This document shows positions 37,842 through 50,419 of a DNA stretch of 64,000 nt, piece by piece. The notes under the pieces are model-generated. The model worked only from the letters and a program-made list of their open reading frames with translations, ran no database searches and had not been told where the DNA came from. The translations under genes and the position numbers were made by a program. The stretch's first letter is position 1. Each line of letters starts with the position of its first letter. Source of the DNA: Candidatus Falkowbacteria bacterium. GTDB lineage: Bacteria; Patescibacteriota; Patescibacteriia; UBA11705; JABHMO01. Location: the NCBI GenBank assembly GCA_018674305.1, contig JABHAL010000010.1, positions 25,708 to 89,707 of the forward strand. The letters run 5' to 3'.

Positions 37842-39266
37842 TTAAATAATTTGCTCAACTTGGTGCGCAACATTTAATAAGGTTTGCTCATCAAAATGCT
37901 TGCCCAAAAACTGTAAGCCAACCGGCAACTTTTTTACTTGGCCACAAGGAATTGAAATTCCAGGCAACCCAGCAACATTAGCAGAAACCGTAAAAACATC
38001 GGACAAATACATAGTCAGCGGATCGTCAAATTTTTCACCAATATTAAAAGCTACTGTCGGTGAAGTTGGAGTAACAATACAATCAACCATTTCAAAAGCT
38101 TGATCAAAATCTTCTTTTATTAAACGTCGAACCTGCTGAGCTTTTTTATAATAAGCATCATAATAACCCGAAGACAAAACATAAGTTCCTAACATAATCC
38201 GTCGACGCGCTTCTTCTCCAAAACCCTTTCGTCGACTTTCCAAATACATTTCTAATAAATTCCCTGCCTCAGCTCGATAACCATAACGCACTCCGTCATA
38301 ACGAGCTAAATTAGAAGATACTTCCGCTGGCATTAAAACATAATATGTAGCTAAGGCGTACTTGGTTCTTGGTAAACTGATGTCAACCAACTCAGCGCCA
38401 AGCTTAGACAATTTACTAATAGCCTTTTTAACAACTTTTTCTACTTCAGGATCCATACCCTTGATAAAATATTCACTTGGGATACCAATTTTTAAACCTT
38501 TGATATCTTTTTCTAAATTGTTAATCACCAGAGGTTGTTTATCCACAGTTGTTGAATCAAACTTATCTAAACCAGCAATTTTTTCGTATACATAAGCAGC
38601 GTCTTTGACCGTCTTCGTCAAAGTTCCAATCTGATCAAAACTAGAAGCCATCGCCATGAGACCATAACGAGAAGTACGTCCATAAGTAGGTTTAAATCCA
38701 ACAACTCCGCACAATGATCCTGGCTGTCGAACAGATCCACCCGTATCCGAACCCAAAGCATAGATTGCCTCATTGGCTGCCACAGCAGCTGCACTACCAC
38801 TAGACGATCCACCGGGAACCTTTTCTAAATTATGTGGGTTTTTGGTTGGCCCGAAATGTGAAGTTTCTCCGGAACCGCCCATTGCAAACTCATCACAATT
38901 AGTTTTTCCTATAATAACCGCGCCTTGATCTTTTAGCTTTCTAATTGCGGTCGCATCATATGTTGCAATGTATGTCGATAAAATTTTCGAACCTGCAGTT
39001 GCTTTTACTCCATCAACCATAATATTATCTTTGATCGCGACTGGAACACCTTCTAGAACATTAAGCTTGCCGTCTTTTTTGAATTTTTTATCAACTTTCT
39101 CAGCCTGTGTATACGCTTGATCTTCTGTTATGGTAATGAACGCATTCAAATCATTATCTTGCTCTCGAATAGAATCAAAACAGGATTTAGCCAATTCCAC
39201 AGCGGAAAACTGTTTTTTGCTAAGTCCTTCGTGAGCATCTGCAATTGTAAGAGTATTGAGTTTCAT
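37842..39266 (-). CDS. gatA: Asp/Glu-tRNA amidotransferase subunit A
   Basis: GKTNCDEFAMG, PGGSSSGSAA, GSDTGGSVRQP, SSNLARYDG, RRIMLGT. Confidence 0.97.
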   Translation of the reverse strand: MKLNTLTIADAHEGLSKKQFSAVELAKSCFDSIREQDNDLNAFITITEDQAYTQAEKVDKKFKKDGKLNVLEGVPVAIKDNIMVDGVKATAGSKILSTYIATYDATAIRKLKDQGAVIIGKTNCDEFAMGGSGETSHFGPTKNPHNLEKVPGGSSSGSAAAVAANEAIYALGSDTGGSVRQPGSLCGVVGFKPTYGRTSRYGLMAMASSFDQIGTLTKTVKDAAYVYEKIAGLDKFDSTTVDKQPLVINNLEKDIKGLKIGIPSEYFIKGMDPEVEKVVKKAISKLSKLGAELVDISLPRTKYALATYYVLMPAEVSSNLARYDGVRYGYRAEAGNLLEMYLESRRKGFGEEARRRIMLGTYVLSSGYYDAYYKKAQQVRRLIKEDFDQAFEMVDCIVTPTSPTVAFNIGEKFDDPLTMYLSDVFTVSANVAGLPGISIPCGQVKKLPVGLQFLGKHFDEQTLLNVAHQVEQII

Positions 39267-39286
39267 TATAATAAGTCTAATAATTT

Positions 39287-39583
39287 TTAATCCTTCTCAA
39301 CAAAGACTGCTTTCACCTTGACCTGTTTTTTGCTTAGCTCCGGAGCCTCAGCCAAAACTTTTTCCGGATCACAAATCTGAACAACTTTATCTTCGCGAGT
39401 TATATTATTCAAATCAAAAACGTGGGTAAGTGGTTCCACGTTATCTGTGTTTAATTCCTTGAGTTGTCCAAAATAATCTAAAATAGTAGAAATCTGCTCA
39501 GCATATTTCTCTTTTTCTTCTTCAGTAATACCTAACCGAGCCAAATTGGCTAGGTGCTCAATATGTTCTTTATCTATAGACAT
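39287..39583 (-). CDS. gatC: Asp/Glu-tRNA amidotransferase subunit C
   Basis: IEHLANLARL, VEPL, TRED; upstream of gatA; start placed at MSID. Confidence 0.92.
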   Translation of the reverse strand: MSIDKEHIEHLANLARLGITEEEKEKYAEQISTILDYFGQLKELNTDNVEPLTHVFDLNNITREDKVVQICDPEKVLAEAPELSKKQVKVKAVFVEKD

Positions 39584-39661
39584 AAATTCACTTAAAATTA
39601 TACCAAGATTATACTCAAAATGCAACAAAAAAATCCTTACTTTTGAAGTAAAGATTTATTA

Positions 39662-39826
39662 TTAATAAAACCCATAATACTTTTTAGCAATCCACAAAAG
39701 GCCTTTAAAAATCCAGACTGAGAAAACAGCACCAAAAAAACCAGCAACTACCATAAGTACAAATTCTTGCCAGTTTTGAATCAAAGCTTCATCAATACAA
39801 CTTTTGAGCTTTTTCCCAATATTCAT
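39662..39826 (-). CDS. 54-aa membrane peptide
   Basis: Manual translation MNIGKKLKSCIDEALIQNWQEFVLMVVAGFFGAVFSVWIFKGLLWIAKKYYGFY; SD AGGAGG; ATGA overlap with upstream ORF. Confidence 0.55.
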   Translation of the reverse strand: MNIGKKLKSCIDEALIQNWQEFVLMVVAGFFGAVFSVWIFKGLLWIAKKYYGFY

Positions 39827-40062
39827 GCCTCCTGACTCCTAAAGAACATGCTTATTTGCAACATAACTAAGTTATTTTCAGGCTCTAACAGCAAAGTTCC
39901 AAGAGTAAGACCTGTGCAATCTAGAACAACATTCAACTGCTCAGAGCTTTCTATTAACTGACAACTCTCCCAACGACTTGCCCAACCTCGAGGTGCCCGA
40001 TGCCAAAGTTCAATTCCTTGATCAAGAAACTTCACTGCCCAACGATAGTCCAAAAAGAACAT
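39823..40062 (-). CDS. Orphan 79-aa protein
   Basis: SD AAAGGAGG; TTGACA-16-TATAAT at 40114-40087. Confidence 0.55.
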   Translation of the reverse strand: MFFLDYRWAVKFLDQGIELWHRAPRGWASRWESCQLIESSEQLNVVLDCTGLTLGTLLLEPENNLVMLQISMFFRSQEA

Positions 40063-40086
40063 ATTTTCCTCCTTTAGAATAACCGT

Positions 40087-40153
40087 ATTATAGTGATTTA
40101 ATAAGAAATGTCAAATGCTCATACCTTGACAAACTCATAAATTTAGATATAAT
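40087..40153. promoter_or_regulatory. Back-to-back divergent consensus promoters
   Basis: Minus TTGACA(40114)-16-TATAAT and plus TTGACA(40126)-16-TATAAT. Confidence 0.7.
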
Positions 40154-40189
40154 GTAATGTTCATTAACATTCAACCTATGAGGTGAGAA

Positions 40190-40678
40190 ATGAATTATAA
40201 CAAGAAGAAAGATGAAAATACTAGGTATAACATTGTTAACTTTCTAGACAACTGCTTTTGGCTGAGTTCTTTAGCCTGGGGATTGCTTACAATTTTGTGC
40301 TTTGTCCAGGTTTACTTTTTTGAACTTGATGAAAAATTCTTTGATCACTGGTGCTATGCCTACTATATCTTTGTGGTTTCCTATGCGATTAGCCGCAAAG
40401 CCAAGTACACCCTATATCCGACCAAAACGGAAACTCGCTACAGTGAATACATTGTTGTGGGTTGGTTCATTATAACTGTGGTCTTTGGAGCTTTAACACA
40501 GTTCCATTATCACGGTAAACTTGATTTAATGATTGAACTATTTGAAGTAGATGCGGTTATCGCTAGTGTTCTTGGACTTGGCTCAGCCTATAAACGCTGG
40601 ATCATTCCCATGATGAAACTCAAGCAGTTCAAAGAGAGACTGGAAGGTGAGGAACTCACTGAAGATAAGAATGATTAA
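40190..40678 (+). CDS. Orphan multi-TM membrane protein
   Basis: Four hydrophobic segments; SD GAGGTG; terminator 40684-40718. Confidence 0.7.
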   Translation: MNYNKKKDENTRYNIVNFLDNCFWLSSLAWGLLTILCFVQVYFFELDEKFFDHWCYAYYIFVVSYAISRKAKYTLYPTKTETRYSEYIVVGWFIITVVFGALTQFHYHGKLDLMIELFEVDAVIASVLGLGSAYKRWIIPMMKLKQFKERLEGEELTEDKND

Positions 40679-40716
40679 ACACGAAAGCTGCCTACGTAAC
40701 GACGTAAGCAGCTTTT

Positions 40717-41376
40717 TTATTGTAAAATATAGAGATTAGTAATTGAAGAGAAAAAAATCGGCTTATTTTCATCCTCAATTTCTAAATATTCTCGAATACT
40801 AACTACATGGCCTTTAAGAACATGATAGCCATCAGCCATGAAAAACTCTCGACACAAATCATCAAAATCAACAAACGAATAATCAACTACCACTCTTTGA
40901 TGTCTGACGATTTCTAAATCAGATCGATGCATTGCACTAAAAGCTTGAATAATACCTTGCCTTTCTGAAATAAATAACTCAGCAAGCTGACACAAAACAT
41001 TATCCATGGCTGGTTCAATCACTAAGATTTTCCCCTCATCAGTCAACATTCTTCTTGCTTTGTGTAGTGCCTCTATCTTGCGATCTAATCCACCTTTAAA
41101 GTGATGTAAACAACTAGAAAAAACTACTGCATCAAAACTTTCGACCAATTCAACATCAAAGTAATCAGCTCGGATCATTTCAACTTGAGGAAATCTATCC
41201 TTGATTTCCTGATATCGGCGTTGGCGTAATTCGATGCCTGTTAACTGTGTATTCTCACATAGCAAAGCTTGCATCTCCCGGCCGGACCAACAGCCCACTT
41301 GTAAAATTTTCTTTCCGGCCGGCGAAACTAAACTCTGAATTACCTGAGCTTCCAGACTAGAAGGTGAAATTTTCAT
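40717..41376 (-). CDS. Class I SAM-dependent methyltransferase
   Basis: ILQVGCWSG, FDAVVF...LHH, GKILVIEP; TTGACA-17-TATAAT at 41433-41405; SD GAGGT. Confidence 0.75.
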   Translation of the reverse strand: MKISPSSLEAQVIQSLVSPAGKKILQVGCWSGREMQALLCENTQLTGIELRQRRYQEIKDRFPQVEMIRADYFDVELVESFDAVVFSSCLHHFKGGLDRKIEALHKARRMLTDEGKILVIEPAMDNVLCQLAELFISERQGIIQAFSAMHRSDLEIVRHQRVVVDYSFVDFDDLCREFFMADGYHVLKGHVVSIREYLEIEDENKPIFFSSITNLYILQ

Positions 41377-41454
41377 TAGTTACCTCATTTTTAATGGACA
41401 CTTCATTATAATTGAACTCCCAAAGTTTGTCAATGTAGAGACATTTTCACAATA

Positions 41455-41530
41455 GTCATTCCGGACTTGATCCGGAATCCCAGGTCTCCTTATAAAGATT
41501 TTTAAGACTCCGGATCAAGTCCGGAGTGAC
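41455..41530. repeat. Palindromic element with 25-bp inverted arms
   Basis: GTCATTCCGGACTTGATCCGGAATC ... GACTCCGGATCAAGTCCGGAGTGAC; left arm identical to 59525-59549 inside murI. Confidence 0.85.
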
Positions 41531-41599
41531 GCTTTGGGGTATATTAGATAAAACAAACAAAAACACCAACTCGAGTTGGCTTTAAATATGAGGATTCTA

Positions 41600-43642
<2,043 letters not shown>

Positions 43643-43718
43643 TCAATATATTAACTAATTTTACCCAAAAGGTCAAGGAAATACTTGACAAAACGCAAAA
43701 TGTATGCTATAATGAAAC

Positions 43719-43951
43719 CTGTTCGTTGAAAATTGTTACTATAGTTAAATTAATTATAGTAACAGGAGTGCCCGACAAAAGCCTTAGGGTGTCAGGCCAA
43801 GAATGTTCATTAAAAGACTGAAATTAAAGAAACCCCAACAAATGGAGATCGTCATGACCTGGACTTAAATTCATTTAGCCCCATCGGACCACAGTAGGTT
43901 GTTAATTCTTAGGAATAACAACTGAAGGTCACAGAGATGGGGCCTTTTTTT
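43719..43951 (+). ncRNA. Candidate ~230-nt small RNA
   Basis: TTGACA-17-TATAAT with TG extension at 43685-43713; 10-bp 5' hairpin; long 3' hairpin GCCCCATC...GATGGGGC plus T-run; only a 4-codon SD-led ORF. Confidence 0.5.
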
Positions 43952-44828
43952 ACAAAATAATAAATATCCCACCCGCCACAATCAGACCAATCGCCATGGT
44001 CTTTTTTAGTAACACTTTTCTACTATGTCTTTCCAAAATAATTTTAGGATAAAAAAAGCTCAGGAAAGTAGCTGCAAAAAACACCAACATTGGTTTAGTC
44101 GCCATTAAAGCTGAAACCAATGAAACCGAACCCAAACTAATGGCTTTGGTGAAAAAGATTAGGGCCAATCCAGATAAAATCGCAACAAAGCACAAATGAA
44201 TAATTCCCACTTTTGCCTTTTCCCGAATATGAGGATGATGGACCACTAACAAAACTAAAGGAACAACTATTCCACCAATTCCAAACCAGAATAACATTGG
44301 CCAAAAATCAATACCTGAACTTACATACTTAATTAAAATATTTCTCAATGCAAAAAACATCATTGCAACAAAAGCAAAAACATAGAATTTAAATAATTTA
44401 CTTTTGGCCTCCGATTTTCGATGAGTGATTAAAACCGCCCCAGTGATTATAAGTAAAATCCCAATATAGTTCATAATACTTAAGCGTTCCTGAAAAACAA
44501 AAAACGCAATAGCCGAAATCAACAACGGTTCAGTCGATAACATCGGGGCCAGTCGAGAAACTTCAACCTTTTTCATGGCCATATAGTAAAAACCCAGGCC
44601 CGTAGAATAAATAATTCCTGCCAACATTGCCATAATTACCATCCAAACCGGAATAATTACGCCACCATTCAGAACTGCTACTAAAATGAACAGTAAATAA
44701 ATTGTAAATCCAAAAACCGTAGTAACTAAAATAGGGTCTCGTAGTTCATGCCCAATTATATATTTATCCATGATGTTCACCACAGTCCATAAGAGCATGG
44801 CAATTAGAGTAAAAATGATCCAAAGCAT
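43950..44828 (-). CDS. EamA/DMT family transporter
   Basis: Ten TM segments in two repeats; EVSRLAP...P, FQERLS, GSVSLVSAL. Confidence 0.85.
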   Translation of the reverse strand: MLWIIFTLIAMLLWTVVNIMDKYIIGHELRDPILVTTVFGFTIYLLFILVAVLNGGVIIPVWMVIMAMLAGIIYSTGLGFYYMAMKKVEVSRLAPMLSTEPLLISAIAFFVFQERLSIMNYIGILLIITGAVLITHRKSEAKSKLFKFYVFAFVAMMFFALRNILIKYVSSGIDFWPMLFWFGIGGIVVPLVLLVVHHPHIREKAKVGIIHLCFVAILSGLALIFFTKAISLGSVSLVSALMATKPMLVFFAATFLSFFYPKIILERHSRKVLLKKTMAIGLIVAGGIFIIL

Positions 44829-44906
44829 ATTATAATTGATTACTGATATTTACTGATGTACTGATAGGATAGCTCAAATCATCAGTAAATCAGTATTATT
44901 CAGTAC

Positions 44907-45707
44907 TCATTTTTTAATCACACTCTCACTAAACAAAACATAATCAAACAAACCAAGCGTTGGCGAATATCGAGGCATATCAACCATTAATCGATGACTA
45001 GCTTGGCCTTGTTTGCCCAAAGCTTCAATACTTAAAGTATTAGGAAAAGCTTTGGATTGGCCTGATGCATTGTCCAATGAATATAATTTTATCGTTAAAT
45101 TATCAGCGGTACTATAAAGCGCCTTGACTCGCACTCTATAATTACCAGAACTGCTAATATAATTATTCAAAGCTGAATTTGAAGGTTGTCCGCCACTATA
45201 AAGAAATTTTTGAACTGCTAAATCTTCCAACTCCCAATCAAGTGGCAGGACTGGCCATTTAAACACAAAATTATTCGGCCATTTAATTATGGAAACCTCC
45301 AACCAAGTGGTTGATCCTTGCCAATCAAAATAAACCGATTCAATCTGACTGGTCTGAGTATTTTTTTCTGGAGTAAACAGGTCAAACTGCACTGTTTGAT
45401 TAGTTGGTAGATCTAATTTTAATTCTTTAACTGCCTCACTATCAACATCCAAATCACAATCAATATCATCCACGTTACAATCCCCAGCCATTGGTAATCT
45501 ATCCAGTTTTCTAATTGAGTATAGTGCTTTTTCGATTCCACTCTCAGCATTATAAAAAGCTGATTGAGCCGTGGTAATCAAGCCGGTCTGAACAATAGAA
45601 CTACGTACCAGATTGGAAAGCACGATCGTGGAACTTAAAATTGCCGCAATGGTTAAAAGCGAATAGATCAATACATTTCCTTGTTGTGATTTAAATTTTT
45701 TTTCCAT
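44907..45707 (-). CDS. PilX-like minor pilin
   Basis: QQG-NVLIYSLL hydrophobic N-terminus; AFYNAESGIE motif. Confidence 0.75.
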   Translation of the reverse strand: MEKKFKSQQGNVLIYSLLTIAAILSSTIVLSNLVRSSIVQTGLITTAQSAFYNAESGIEKALYSIRKLDRLPMAGDCNVDDIDCDLDVDSEAVKELKLDLPTNQTVQFDLFTPEKNTQTSQIESVYFDWQGSTTWLEVSIIKWPNNFVFKWPVLPLDWELEDLAVQKFLYSGGQPSNSALNNYISSSGNYRVRVKALYSTADNLTIKLYSLDNASGQSKAFPNTLSIEALGKQGQASHRLMVDMPRYSPTLGLFDYVLFSESVIKK

Positions 45708-45763
45708 TTTTAACCTTAATAATTTTTCACTTTATGAACTTTACAAACTTTCAACTTTACAAC

Positions 45764-46330
45764 TTATCTCGCATAATAACGTGAACTAATCGTGGTCTGT
45801 AAAGCTAATGGTTTTTGGTCCTCCTCATGTACCGCAACTGGCAAAGCTTTTAAATAAATTGTTATTTGCGGTTGTTTATCACTTTTGTACTGCTTAGTTA
45901 TATTATCAAACTCAAGCGGGTCTTCATTCGGAGCAATTCTAAAACTTAAACTTTGAATATCAAAATTATCCGCTGAAATTATTGATCTCTGATCATCAAT
46001 TGACTGAATTAAGCAAGTTTCTATTCCTAATGCACAACCAACAGTTTCAGTTCCAAATGCAACTTTTTGGTTTTGTGAATTTATCAAATGGAGTTCATCC
46101 TGCAATTCATTTATAGGCAAGTGATATGCTGAATAGTCAATCTGGCTCAAACGAATCTGCTGAGCAATTTGCTCCATATTGTACTGTAAATCAACCATAG
46201 ATTTTTGCATAACCATACTTTTTCTTTGAGAAATAGTTACTGATAAAAAAATATCACTAACCACAAGCATCATGGTCATAAAAACGGCCATTACCACCAA
46301 CATTTCAATTAAGGAAAAACCTTTTTTCAT
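45764..46330 (-). CDS. PilW-like prepilin
   Basis: KKG-FSLIEMLVV methylation motif; LQTTISSR end. Confidence 0.85.
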   Translation of the reverse strand: MKKGFSLIEMLVVMAVFMTMMLVVSDIFLSVTISQRKSMVMQKSMVDLQYNMEQIAQQIRLSQIDYSAYHLPINELQDELHLINSQNQKVAFGTETVGCALGIETCLIQSIDDQRSIISADNFDIQSLSFRIAPNEDPLEFDNITKQYKSDKQPQITIYLKALPVAVHEEDQKPLALQTTISSRYYAR

Positions 46331-46332
46331 AA

Positions 46333-49300
46333 TTATTTAACTTCCCTCGCGATATAACAACTTTCCGTCAAGTCATACCCCCCGCCTACCTTACCATTAA
46401 ACGCAAACGGCTCTGACAAAGTTACATTTTTGTTTGGTTCTCTAGAATACTTAGTTATGTGAGCAATTGTCATACTGTAATTTGAAATCGTACCTGATAC
46501 ACCTGGAACAATTACCTTTTTAGCACCTCTTTTAACAGCGACTTCTTGCATTTGATCCAAGAATTTCTCAATTAAATAATTGATGTCTAAGTCTGCTTCT
46601 CCAGGCACATCAAAACCCCGAACCAACAAAACCTTATCGCCATTTCTATCTTCTAGTTCAAACATCAAAACTGATCCTATAAATTCAGCATCTCCCAGTT
46701 CATCTTTTACCACAAACTTATAAGGAACAACATTAGGATATGTTTTCAATAAAGGATACTCAGCCGTATAACAAACATCCGCAATATATCCAGCCATTTC
46801 GCCAACAAATCCACGATCAGGAATTAATTTAACATCCAGTGGCGCGCCAGTTTCTACTTTAGAGAAATTAGCTACCTCAGCTCTAAGCGGATCAACCTGA
46901 GACTTGAACAATTTAGAAACATCCACCAGTTTAGAATTATCCTTAGCTCCAGTAATTTGTTTCCAAGCTTCTTCAGTCCAATAACCTTCTTCGTTTTTCT
47001 TTTGCGTATTTATTACATGATCTTTAATAAAGTTATCCACAATATTAATAATATTCAAAACTCCTTGTGCTGTCACTTCCCCTTCTAGTCCACTGATTAA
47101 ATTTTCTAAAGTTTCAGGTGAAAAATTAACTGTGAATAATTTTTTCAGAATAATCTGTCGCAAAACCGGGTATATTTCTGATTTACTAGCAAAGCGTCGA
47201 TCAACCGATAGTAATGGTATCAATAGAGCATCCAAGTCCTGAGCAGCTTGAACATCTGCTAATATTTTTTCATAATTTGAATATTGCATCTTGATATATT
47301 TATTATCCGGTTTCTTGACCAGGATTTCCTGGAGTTCCTTGAGCTTCTCACGAATTCGTACTTCGGCTTTACTTTTCAATCCAGTTATATCTTTTGGATT
47401 TTCTGAGGCCTCAAATATTTCTGCTCGCAAAAGCTCAAAATCTGCCTGTACTTTTTCAACATTAACTTCAAGTCTAATTCTAGGAACAGACACCTCAATA
47501 ACTTCATAACCAGCAGGCAGTTCTGTAATTTCACCAGCACTAAAATCGCTATTCCAATCTTCAATAATTTTTTCCATCCTTGGTCGACCACTATCGAATC
47601 GGTGAGTACTTTTACCAGTCATTAGACGTAAAATCTCCGTTTCAAATGTATTATATTCTTCAAGTTCTCCGATTGTATCTTCAGAATAGAGTAGTTGTTT
47701 TATTTTATCTAACCGTTTCTCCAACTCCTCAACATTGGTTATCCCTTGAGCAACTTGTTCTTCAGGCAAATCAATACCTTTTTGCTCATGCAGAACAATA
47801 TTCCGATAATATTCAAATATTATTTTAGTTTTTGACAATCCAAATCGTTTCACATACTCAATTGAGATGTCAAAACTTTCTTGATCTAGTTCAACAGTTG
47901 GCTCATAACCACCAAATATATTACTCATAAACTGACTTGTTCTATCATAATCATTGTGAGTGAATGCGTTTCTCTTTTCGTTTGATTTCTTAGGTAAAAC
48001 ATCCAAGAACTCCTCTACTTTTTGTTCACCAAAAACTAATTTCCAAACTTCTTTTCCGCCGAAACGAATAAACGAAGTAGAATCTTTTTGAGCGACCTGT
48101 TTCAAACTCTTTTCTATTTTTTTCAATACTTCTGAGTAATCACTTGAATTATATATAGCAGATTCAATCTCAGAAACCGTCCACTCATCTTCCCTACTTC
48201 CATTTTTTGATAAATTATCAGCAAAATTATAATATTCAATAATTTTCCTAACGAAATCAAGCTGACCTTTTTTTTGAAAGTCATATTTTTCTAATAATCC
48301 TTGTATCAGCTTAGCTGGCCAACTTATAATTATACCGAGTAACTCACTTCTGCCTGCCTCATCTTTTAGCACAGCTGGGTCTTGATAAACATTATTTAAA
48401 CTTTCTTCAAGTCCTGGTTCTTCCTCGAAATAATTTTTGTGCGCCATTACCATTTTTGGGAATTCCAGGAAATCTCCATTTTCTGGATTTGCCATTAATT
48501 TCATTAAAACCCCATTTGGTTTATTGCCTGCATCATTAATAATATCAAAAAACAGGTCTTCCCTTCTTAATCCCAGCTCATTACAAATTTTATTAAAAAA
48601 TATTACATGGTCAGCATCATCAGGATCAAAGTCCTCAAACAAGCGCTCAATATGTGCCCTGATTAACTCCGTCTTATCAAGACCAAGCTTTTTTGCAATC
48701 CCCACTAACTTGACTAGAACCTCTTCTTTTCCACCACTCAAATGATAAAAAGCTGACAATTCATCTTTCGTCCAATTATGTTTTTCCTTCAATTCCTCGC
48801 ATATTTCTTCATTATACACAATCGCCTTGGGAAATCGAATCATATTCCGAGGAGAAGCTATCTGATTTAAATAGGAATCCTCATCTACTAATATTTTGAT
48901 AACTTTTTGTTTTTCTTCAGGCAATGTAACTAAATATTTCTGCAATACATCCTCAGGTAGTTCACGGCCCAATAAAGCTATCTGATAAACTGCTGTTGAA
49001 ATTGTATCTCCACGTTTTTCTCTAAATGCATATTGCAAAAACATATCCAGCGCCTCAGGTCGGCCCAATGCTCTCATAGTAGGCATAGCCATTGACGGAT
49101 CACCTCTTTCGTCCATTAAATTTTCATTATTCAAAGAATTAAGGACTAAACCAGTAAATTCGGCAACTTCATCTTCAGCCACTAAGCCAGATTCAACTAA
49201 ACTCGGGGCTAGGGTGTTCCAATGATGACCTCTCTTTCCTCGAACTTCAAATGCCGTTATGTTACCTGGAATCAAATCTCTACGAATTTTCATTTGTTCT

Positions 49301-50418
49301 ACCTTTCGACCAACATCTTCTTTTAATCTATCCCCTTTCAAGGTATCCAGTATTTTGGTACTCAATTGCTCAGCCTTTTTACCAGCACTATAAGTAGCCA
49401 TCAAGTCAAGCCAGTCACTAACAGTAACCTTGGCTCCTCTCGCATAACTCAATGAATTCAGAATTTCTCCTAAATCATAAAGTCCGTGTGTTTGATATAA
49501 ATTGGCGAGTTCTCTTTGTAATTCCTGAAATCTTTTATTTTCTTCAGGTGTTTGCGCATGTACACTCTTTGAAAATGCAAGGTCCATAAACTCACGAACC
49601 CACTCCATAATTTCCGCCTTCTTCTGGTCGGTAAATTTTCCCAAAGTTGGTAAAACAGCGTGCTCTTGCAAACTTTGAGAATACTCTAACCAAGCCCCTT
49701 CAAGTGCATTTTCTATATTTAATTTATGGTCCCTTACGGTTTGGTCAAAATAGGTTACACTAATACTTCTGACAAGTTTTTTTTCATTTTTACCAAGACT
49801 GAGCATGGTGACATTAACTTCCGACAGTTCGCCTCTAGCTTCTTCGATTTGATTTTTCAGTTCCTCAATTTCTAAATTTAACTTTTCAGCTTTCTGACCT
49901 GAACTGGCTAATTCTTTTTTATTTCTGAATTTACCTAGGAACTGAGTCGACAAATCTGCAATTCTCCTCCTAGTTTGCGTTTCTTGCTTTTCCAAATCAA
50001 TTAATCGTTTTCTGTCTTCTGTTAATTCAAGTTTTCTCTTTTCATGCCACTGAACAATCATGAAAGCTTCATCCTGAAACTGCTGTAACATGGTATAAAC
50101 CTCTCCAAGGTCAACCCGTTTTTCCTTTTCTATTTGAGTCATCAATTCATACAGGTCATCTGAATAAGAATTTAACTTGGAAACGACTTCTTCTTGGTCC
50201 ATGTCTATCGCTTCCATACTGGTATCAACCTCCTGTCTCAGATTCATTATTTTCTGAAACATCTGATGATCCAAGCTTTCTCTCAATTCTAAGCCTTCTT
50301 TTACTTTTTTCAAATGATCAACAAGACCACCAGAACCAGTCTCGGCAGTTTGCTCAGGCCTCTCGCTTTTAGCCTCTGGAGAATCTTCTCCAATTTTTTT
50401 AGCACTGTTTTGTGTCAT
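46333..50418 (-). CDS. 1361-aa hypothetical protein, coiled-coil N-terminus, possible GNAT-like C-terminus
   Basis: Long open frame, no signal peptide or TM; 1-2 bp gaps to flanking pilin genes. Confidence 0.75.
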   Translation of the reverse strand: MTQNSAKKIGEDSPEAKSERPEQTAETGSGGLVDHLKKVKEGLELRESLDHQMFQKIMNLRQEVDTSMEAIDMDQEEVVSKLNSYSDDLYELMTQIEKEKRVDLGEVYTMLQQFQDEAFMIVQWHEKRKLELTEDRKRLIDLEKQETQTRRRIADLSTQFLGKFRNKKELASSGQKAEKLNLEIEELKNQIEEARGELSEVNVTMLSLGKNEKKLVRSISVTYFDQTVRDHKLNIENALEGAWLEYSQSLQEHAVLPTLGKFTDQKKAEIMEWVREFMDLAFSKSVHAQTPEENKRFQELQRELANLYQTHGLYDLGEILNSLSYARGAKVTVSDWLDLMATYSAGKKAEQLSTKILDTLKGDRLKEDVGRKVEQMKIRRDLIPGNITAFEVRGKRGHHWNTLAPSLVESGLVAEDEVAEFTGLVLNSLNNENLMDERGDPSMAMPTMRALGRPEALDMFLQYAFREKRGDTISTAVYQIALLGRELPEDVLQKYLVTLPEEKQKVIKILVDEDSYLNQIASPRNMIRFPKAIVYNEEICEELKEKHNWTKDELSAFYHLSGGKEEVLVKLVGIAKKLGLDKTELIRAHIERLFEDFDPDDADHVIFFNKICNELGLRREDLFFDIINDAGNKPNGVLMKLMANPENGDFLEFPKMVMAHKNYFEEEPGLEESLNNVYQDPAVLKDEAGRSELLGIIISWPAKLIQGLLEKYDFQKKGQLDFVRKIIEYYNFADNLSKNGSREDEWTVSEIESAIYNSSDYSEVLKKIEKSLKQVAQKDSTSFIRFGGKEVWKLVFGEQKVEEFLDVLPKKSNEKRNAFTHNDYDRTSQFMSNIFGGYEPTVELDQESFDISIEYVKRFGLSKTKIIFEYYRNIVLHEQKGIDLPEEQVAQGITNVEELEKRLDKIKQLLYSEDTIGELEEYNTFETEILRLMTGKSTHRFDSGRPRMEKIIEDWNSDFSAGEITELPAGYEVIEVSVPRIRLEVNVEKVQADFELLRAEIFEASENPKDITGLKSKAEVRIREKLKELQEILVKKPDNKYIKMQYSNYEKILADVQAAQDLDALLIPLLSVDRRFASKSEIYPVLRQIILKKLFTVNFSPETLENLISGLEGEVTAQGVLNIINIVDNFIKDHVINTQKKNEEGYWTEEAWKQITGAKDNSKLVDVSKLFKSQVDPLRAEVANFSKVETGAPLDVKLIPDRGFVGEMAGYIADVCYTAEYPLLKTYPNVVPYKFVVKDELGDAEFIGSVLMFELEDRNGDKVLLVRGFDVPGEADLDINYLIEKFLDQMQEVAVKRGAKKVIVPGVSGTISNYSMTIAHITKYSREPNKNVTLSEPFAFNGKVGGGYDLTESCYIAREVK

Positions 50419-50419
50419 A

